Shown here: positions 56,917-64,000 of the stretch, piece after piece
Layout: each line of letters opens with the position of its first letter
Numbering within the stretch: position 1 is the stretch's first letter
Assembly: GCA_019052695.1 (NCBI GenBank)
Contig: JAHQRI010000001.1
Location: 7,755 to 71,754, forward strand
Direction of reading: 5' to 3'
Source of the DNA: Candidatus Omnitrophota bacterium
GTDB taxonomy: Bacteria; Omnitrophota; Omnitrophia; Omnitrophales; Aquincolibacteriaceae
Length of the DNA: 64,000 nucleotides
The notes under the pieces: generated by a model
What the model was told of the DNA's origin: nothing
The model's input: only the letters and a program-made list of their open reading frames with translations
Database searches by the model: none
Position numbers and translations under genes: made by a program

Positions 56917-56980
56917 CGCAACGCGCAAGGCTCGACGTACAACGTAAAAATAAATCCGTTGTGCGTTGACCGTTGTACGG
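56917..56980 (+). repeat. CGCAACG heptamer hairpin element
   Basis: gcgcaacgcgcaaggctcgacgtacaacg taaaaataaatc cgttgtgcgttgaccgttgtacgg. Confidence 0.65.
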
Positions 56981-56990
56981 AAAGTGATTT

Positions 56991-57485
56991 ATGGAAGATT
57001 TTAATATTCCGAATAAGGGCGAAGAAGCTCACCGCTGTCTTCTGGAAGGCTACGAAAAGCAAATGGCCGGAAATGTGGACGAGGCCATTTCACTTTACCG
57101 GAAGTCCCTCGACTTTTATCCGACGGCGGAAGCGCATACCTTCTTGGGATGGGCCTACAGCCTCAAGGGCCAATTTGGCGACGCGATCCGGGAATGCGAA
57201 AAAGCGATCTGCGTTGATCCCGATTACGGGAACCCCTACAACGATATCGGCGCGTACCTGATTGAGACCGGCCGGTGGGCGGAGGCCGCACCGTGGCTGG
57301 AGAAGGCGACAGCGGCGGCGCGTTACGACGGCCACTTTTACGCCTGGTACAACCTCGGGCGGGTTTGGGAGCATGAAGGGGATTGGGCGCGGGCGCTCGA
57401 GGCCTACCGCCACGCCGCGGAACAAAATCCGGAATACACGCTCGCTGCGAAAGCCGTTCTGCGGATACAGGCAATGCTGAACTAG
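56991..57485 (+). CDS. tetratricopeptide repeat protein
   Basis: Repeated AxxYxxxG/W-L-G 34-aa units. Confidence 0.55.
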   Translation: MEDFNIPNKGEEAHRCLLEGYEKQMAGNVDEAISLYRKSLDFYPTAEAHTFLGWAYSLKGQFGDAIRECEKAICVDPDYGNPYNDIGAYLIETGRWAEAAPWLEKATAAARYDGHFYAWYNLGRVWEHEGDWARALEAYRHAAEQNPEYTLAAKAVLRIQAMLN

Positions 57486-57553
57486 CGCAACGCACAACGG
57501 ATAGCGTCCAACGCCCAGAACACACGTGCAAAGCTGTGAGCTTTGTGTGTTGG
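57486..57553 (+). repeat. composite heptamer element (CGCAACG arm plus CACACG/CAAAGC..GCTTTG hairpin) between convergent genes
   Basis: gcgcaacgcacaacgg ... cacacgtgcaaagctgtgagctttgtgtg. Confidence 0.55.
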
Positions 57554-57565
57554 GGAAGATCCGAG

Positions 57566-58144
57566 TTATGCGAGTTGTTGGCCCACGAATTCCCAGTTGA
57601 CCAGGTTCCAGAACGCTTCCATGTATTTCGCCCGTGCGTTCCGGTAGTCGACGTAGTAGGCGTGCTCCCACACGTCACAGGTCAAAAGAGGGGTCTGGCC
57701 GTTCGTGAGCGGGTTCCCCGCGTTGGATAACGCCTCCACGCCGAGCGTTCCGTCACTGTCCTTGACGAGCCAAACCCAGCCCGACCCGAACAGCCCCAAG
57801 GCCATGTTCGTGAAGAGGGTCTTGAACTCCTCGAAACTGCCAAACGAAGGATTGATTGCTTCCAACAGGGCGCCCGTAGGTGTCCCGCCGCCAGCGGGTT
57901 TTAGGCCGTTCCAGTAGAACGTGTGGTTCCAGGTCTGGGCGGCGTTATTGAAGATGGCACCCTTTGAGGTCTTGATGATCTCCTCGAGGGTTTTCATGGC
58001 CTCCGGTTTCCCATCGACCAGTTTGTTGAGGTTGTTGACATAGGTTTGATGGTGTTTACCGTAATGGTATTCCAGGGTCTCCTGCGAAAGATGAGGGGCC
58101 AGGGCGTCCATCGCGTAGGGCAGTTCGGGAAGCGTAAAGGGCAT
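57566..58144 (-). CDS. sodB: superoxide dismutase [Fe/Mn]
   Basis: MPFTLPELPYAMDALAPHLSQETLEYHYGKHH. C-terminal DVWEHAYY. Confidence 0.9.
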   Translation of the reverse strand: MPFTLPELPYAMDALAPHLSQETLEYHYGKHHQTYVNNLNKLVDGKPEAMKTLEEIIKTSKGAIFNNAAQTWNHTFYWNGLKPAGGGTPTGALLEAINPSFGSFEEFKTLFTNMALGLFGSGWVWLVKDSDGTLGVEALSNAGNPLTNGQTPLLTCDVWEHAYYVDYRNARAKYMEAFWNLVNWEFVGQQLA

Positions 58145-58338
58145 GACGTGATTCCTTTCTTTTGATCGATGATGCTAATGACCGTTCCCGGGGCCTTTGG
58201 GCCCCGTTTCTTTGAAAAAAGAAGGCGTATTATAGCATGATATTTTCGCCCGTAAACCTTCGCTCAAAGAAAAGGGGAGGCTTCCTCCGTGGACAAAGCC
58301 GCTGCCCTCGGGTATCATCAACGGTGAGGGGTGCCTGC

Positions 58339-58701
58339 ATGACCCAAAGAACGGGAGAAAAACGCAAGTTCAGGCGGTTCCGCTTGCCGGTCGCTCATTA
58401 TGAGGGCAGGGACGACAAGAAGATCCATGGCGTCAGCGACGTTCTGGACGTGAGTCGCGAGGGCTTCCGTATCCTTTCCGATGAGCCCATCAAAAAGGGC
58501 ACGGTCCTGGAATGTAAGATCAACGTTCCGGATATCCTGGACATCCAGTGCCAGGGAAAGGTCCGGTGGAGCGCCACGGTGGAAGGGTATCATTTTGAAG
58601 GATTGCAGTTCTCTTGGGTTGACCCCGGGGACAAAGCCGAGCTTTTGGAGTATGCCTACAGAATGTGGGTTGCTGAAGAAAAGGCGAAACGGATCCGTTG
58701 A
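58339..58701 (+). CDS. PilZ domain protein, second copy
   Basis: RRFRLPV ... DVSREGFRI resembles the RxxxR / DxSxxG pattern. Confidence 0.55.
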   Translation: MTQRTGEKRKFRRFRLPVAHYEGRDDKKIHGVSDVLDVSREGFRILSDEPIKKGTVLECKINVPDILDIQCQGKVRWSATVEGYHFEGLQFSWVDPGDKAELLEYAYRMWVAEEKAKRIR

Positions 58702-58763
58702 AACTTCTGCGCCGCCCGGTGGGTGAGGCCTGATCTCATGGTGAAGGGGGCGTTAACGGTTCT

Positions 58764-58976
58764 ATGGCTCTGAACTCCGAGTGGCGGTATTTCTTGAAAT
58801 ATTTCCTTCCCGGTGCGGCATTCATCCTTTGCGCCTTTTGGGCGGGGACACTGCCAAGCATGACCTTTTCCTGCCTCGGGTTCCTATCTTTTTTTTGCGC
58901 CGGGGTCATGCTGATCGTGGAAGGGAAAAAAAGATCGCGCGGCGGGCAACGCCCGACGGACAGCGAAAAATTTTAA
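58764..58976 (+). CDS. small hypothetical membrane protein
   Basis: Two hydrophobic helices. Weak call. Confidence 0.3.
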   Translation: MALNSEWRYFLKYFLPGAAFILCAFWAGTLPSMTFSCLGFLSFFCAGVMLIVEGKKRSRGGQRPTDSEKF

Positions 58977-59004
58977 CGCGGACCGTTGCGTACAAGGAAA
59001 TGCG

Positions 59005-59397
59005 ATGGATTATTTCAAAGTTGCCGGCCTTATTCTCGGCATGCTGATGTTTCTTGGTGGCCTTGCGGTGTCTGTTTTCCCCGGTGCCGTCAGATCCCGG
59101 ATTCTCCGGGCCTATCCGGAACGCCGTCCTCCCTGGCTGCTTGCGGTTGCAGCCGTGATCCTTGCCCTGACCCTTTGGACCTGGTTCCGGTTCGTAACCG
59201 GGACCGCCATGGCGGCCTTTGTCGTGACCCTTGTGATAAGTCTGAGCGCACTGAAGGTCACGTTCGCGTGCCTCTTTTACAAAAAATTCCGGGAGACCGC
59301 CCAAACCCTTATGCAAGAGACCCTCGCTTTTCGTGTCGTGATGTTAAGTTCCGCGGCCGTCGGCGCCGCGCTCCTCTTCCTGGCTTTTCTCATTTAA
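59005..59397 (+). CDS. hypothetical membrane protein (4 TM)
   Basis: Four hydrophobic helices. No recognisable motif. Confidence 0.4.
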   Translation: MDYFKVAGLILGMLMFLGGLAVSVFPGAVRSRILRAYPERRPPWLLAVAAVILALTLWTWFRFVTGTAMAAFVVTLVISLSALKVTFACLFYKKFRETAQTLMQETLAFRVVMLSSAAVGAALLFLAFLI

Positions 59398-59504
59398 CGG
59401 AACACCCTCTGGCGGGAGAAGTCCGTACCTTCCTCTCGACAGGGAGGGATAAATAGGTATGATGGGACCCTGGATCGGCCCCCAACCCCGAAAAGGAGGA
59501 GCTT

Positions 59505-59933
59505 ATGAAAATTTATGGTGTGATCGGTTTATTGACGGTCGTGTTGTTGGCGGGATGCGCATCGACGAAGGCTTCCCGAAAGGTACCGGTCATGGAAACG
59601 AAGGACGTGACGAGAACTTATGATGTGATCGGTCCCGTGTCCGTGAGCGAACAGGTCGCCGAAAGTCTCGGGGATACGGTGCAGGGGCTCGCGGGCTACG
59701 CTTCCAAAGACACGCGGATCTCCAGCCAGATCCCCTCGGATACGAAAGAAGCCCTGGACGCCAAGACCGTCGAATACAAGGGGATGATCTTCGACAAGCT
59801 GGGGGAGGAGGCCAAGTCCTCGGATGCCGACGCGGTGATCGGGGCGGAATACAAATATGTTCCCGCCTACGTGAACCTTTCCTCGAAGGCCACCGTTTCC
59901 GCCAAGGGAACGATGATCAAGTACAAGAAGTAG
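59505..59933 (+). CDS. lipoprotein
   Basis: GGAGG RBS. Signal peptide with lipobox LLAGC. Confidence 0.5.
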   Translation: MKIYGVIGLLTVVLLAGCASTKASRKVPVMETKDVTRTYDVIGPVSVSEQVAESLGDTVQGLAGYASKDTRISSQIPSDTKEALDAKTVEYKGMIFDKLGEEAKSSDADAVIGAEYKYVPAYVNLSSKATVSAKGTMIKYKK

Positions 59934-59975
59934 GGTACGGTTTTTCGAAAAGCGTCCCAAAAGAGGGACGGGCCT

Positions 59976-60236
59976 TCAGACCCGGCAGGTCGGGGTGAGG
60001 AATAGGGCCTGATCGTGACTGACTTCAAAGAATCCGGGGCCGACTTGAAAGACCTTCTCGACCCCCGAAACCTCCCGCGCCTTCAACACCCCGCCTTTTG
60101 AGTCCGTCAGGTAAGGGGCGTGATGCGCCAGGACGCCCGCGAAGCCGTTCCCGGTAGGGAGCAATGTGTGCTCGACCGTTCCTTCGTACGCGACGCCTTG
60201 CGGGGTAATGATCTTCAGCGAATACGTAGGGGTCAT
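59976..60236 (-). CDS. atpC: F0F1 ATP synthase subunit epsilon, short form (beta-sandwich only)
   Basis: LKIITPQGVAYEGTVEHTLLPTGNGFAGVLAHHAP. 86 aa. No C-terminal helical hairpin. Confidence 0.75.
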   Translation of the reverse strand: MTPTYSLKIITPQGVAYEGTVEHTLLPTGNGFAGVLAHHAPYLTDSKGGVLKAREVSGVEKVFQVGPGFFEVSHDQALFLTPTCRV

Positions 60237-60237
60237 C

Positions 60238-62578
<2,341 letters not shown>

Positions 62579-62582
62579 TTTT

Positions 62583-62643
62583 TTCGCTCGACGCTCAACG
62601 GGCTCGCGCGCAACGTTTTCGTTGTGCGTTGCGCGTTGTGCGG
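62583..62643. repeat. CGCAACG heptamer hairpin element in the atpA-atpG intergenic spacer
   Basis: cgctcaacgggctcgcgcgcaacg ttttcgttg tgcgttgcgcgttgtgcggg. Confidence 0.6.
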
Positions 62644-62644
62644 G

Positions 62645-64000
62645 TTATTTAAATGTTTGTTTGAATTTCAAAACAGCTTGTTTCAGCTTTTCTTTTAAGA
62701 CATCCGAAAAAGCCTTCTTTTCGGCGATCTCGTGGGAGATCTCGTCGTAATGTTTTTCGAGAAAGACGTAGAACCCGGCCTCGAACGCCCCAACTCGGGA
62801 GGCCGGCAAGTCGTCCAGGAAACCTTCGTTCCCGATATAAATACTGACGATTTGTTTTTCCAGGGGCAGGGGCTGGAGATCGTTTTGCTTCAGGACTTCG
62901 ACCATGCGCTCGCCCCGCGTGAGCTGGTCCTGCGTCGCTTTATCGAGGTCGGTGGACAGCTGCGCGAACGCCTGCATCTCCCGGTACTGTGCGAGCGCGA
63001 GGCGCAGCATGCCGGTCACTTGTTTCATAGCCTTGGTCTGAGCGTTGCCCCCGACGCGTGAGACCGAAAGCCCCACGTTGATGGCTGGGCGTACCCCGGC
63101 GTAGAAAAGGTCGCTTTCCAGGTAAATCTGACCGTCCGTAATGGAAATGACGTTCGTGGGGATGTAAGCGGAAATATCCCCGAGCTGGGTTTCGATGACC
63201 GGCAGCGCCGTCAGTGACCCGCCGCCCAGGTCGTCGCGCAATTTCGCGGCGCGTTCCAGGAGGCGGGAATGGAGATAAAAGACATCGCCCGGATAGGCCT
63301 CACGGCCCGGCGGGCGTTGCAACAGAAGAGAGATCTCACGATATGCCACGGCGTGTTTGGAAAGGTCGTCGTACATCACGAGCGCGTGCCTGCCGTTGGC
63401 CATGTCTTCCTCGCCGATCGCCGCTCCGGCGTAGGGCGCGAGGTATTGGAGCGGGGCCGGGTCCTCGGAAGAGGCGCAGACGATCGTGGTGTATTCCATC
63501 GCGCCGTGCTTCTCGAGGGTCTTTTGCAGGGCGACGACACTCGAGAGCTTCTGGCCGATCGCGACATAGATGCAATGCACGCCTGTGGTTTTTTGATTGA
63601 GGATCGTGTCGATCAGGATCGCGGTCTTACCGGTCTGACGATCGCCGATGATGAGCTCGCGCTGGCCGCGGCCGATCGGGATCATGGAATCGATCGCCTT
63701 GATGCCGGTCTGTAACGGCTCCTTGACGGGCTGGCGCTGGACGACGGAAGGAGGGATGTTCTCGATCGGGCGTGTTTTCTGGGCAGGTACGGGACCTTTC
63801 CCGTCCAGAGGTTTGCCAAGAGGGTTGACCACGCGGCCGAGAAGCCCTTCGCCGACCGGGACCTGGGCGATCTTGCCGGTGCGTCTGACCTGGTCGCCTT
63901 CCTTGATGTTCTGGTCTTCGCCGAGGACGACGACTCCGACATGGTTGGGCTCGAGGTTCAGGACCAGCCCGGCGGTCCCGTCGTGGAACGTGACCAATTC
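62645..64000 (-). CDS. atpA: F0F1 ATP synthase subunit alpha (5' end beyond window)
   Basis: P-loop GDRQTGKTA. Frame still open at the window edge. Confidence 0.9.
   Translation of the reverse strand, partial: ELVTFHDGTAGLVLNLEPNHVGVVVLGEDQNIKEGDQVRRTGKIAQVPVGEGLLGRVVNPLGKPLDGKGPVPAQKTRPIENIPPSVVQRQPVKEPLQTGIKAIDSMIPIGRGQRELIIGDRQTGKTAILIDTILNQKTTGVHCIYVAIGQKLSSVVALQKTLEKHGAMEYTTIVCASSEDPAPLQYLAPYAGAAIGEEDMANGRHALVMYDDLSKHAVAYREISLLLQRPPGREAYPGDVFYLHSRLLERAAKLRDDLGGGSLTALPVIETQLGDISAYIPTNVISITDGQIYLESDLFYAGVRPAINVGLSVSRVGGNAQTKAMKQVTGMLRLALAQYREMQAFAQLSTDLDKATQDQLTRGERMVEVLKQNDLQPLPLEKQIVSIYIGNEGFLDDLPASRVGAFEAGFYVFLEKHYDEISHEIAEKKAFSDVLKEKLKQAVLKFKQTFK

Overview
This 64-kb window is a GC-rich bacterial chromosomal segment of densely packed housekeeping genes, interrupted by a few sharply AT-rich intergenic islets. 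All assignments rest on motif reading and translation; no searches were run.

The housekeeping content includes lemA with an M48 peptidase, a glycan-modification trio (flippase, pyruvyl transferase and a B12 radical SAM enzyme), tadA, tRNA-Ser(UGA), corA, rlmN, ychF, cysE, pepA, rsmB, trmH-like, pyrE, mutY, xth, a split two-subunit transketolase, ggt, a GldF/GldG-type ABC system, thyA with two folA paralogs, sodB, and the atpA-G-D-C operon running off the window end.

The outstanding locus is at 28.7-40.7 kb. A roughly 3,186-aa signal-peptide protein (31157..40717) and a divergently transcribed 711-aa paralog (28704..30839) share a roughly 500-aa TraB/GumN(Tiki)-like N-terminal module. The giant protein additionally carries a GH13-like (alpha-amylase/sucrose-phosphorylase-type) catalytic signature and a GT35 alpha-glucan phosphorylase-like domain with a PLP-lysine motif. 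This is an unusual exported glycan-enzyme fusion.

Other notable structure:
- A prolific family of REP-like hairpin elements built from CGCAACG/CGTTGCG heptamers, at least 14 copies, several inserted in-frame inside CDSs.
- A 165-bp tandem repeat (2.3 copies), each copy beginning with the last 16 nt of the tRNA-Ser gene.
- A four-helix-bundle (IVS-type) gene bracketed by CCACACG-heptamer inverted repeats.
- A degenerate duplicate of the tadA promoter and 5' end upstream of the radical SAM gene.
- Tandem DHFR paralogs, one lacking the catalytic Asp.

Many long antisense ORFs in the track are GC-driven artefacts and were rejected.
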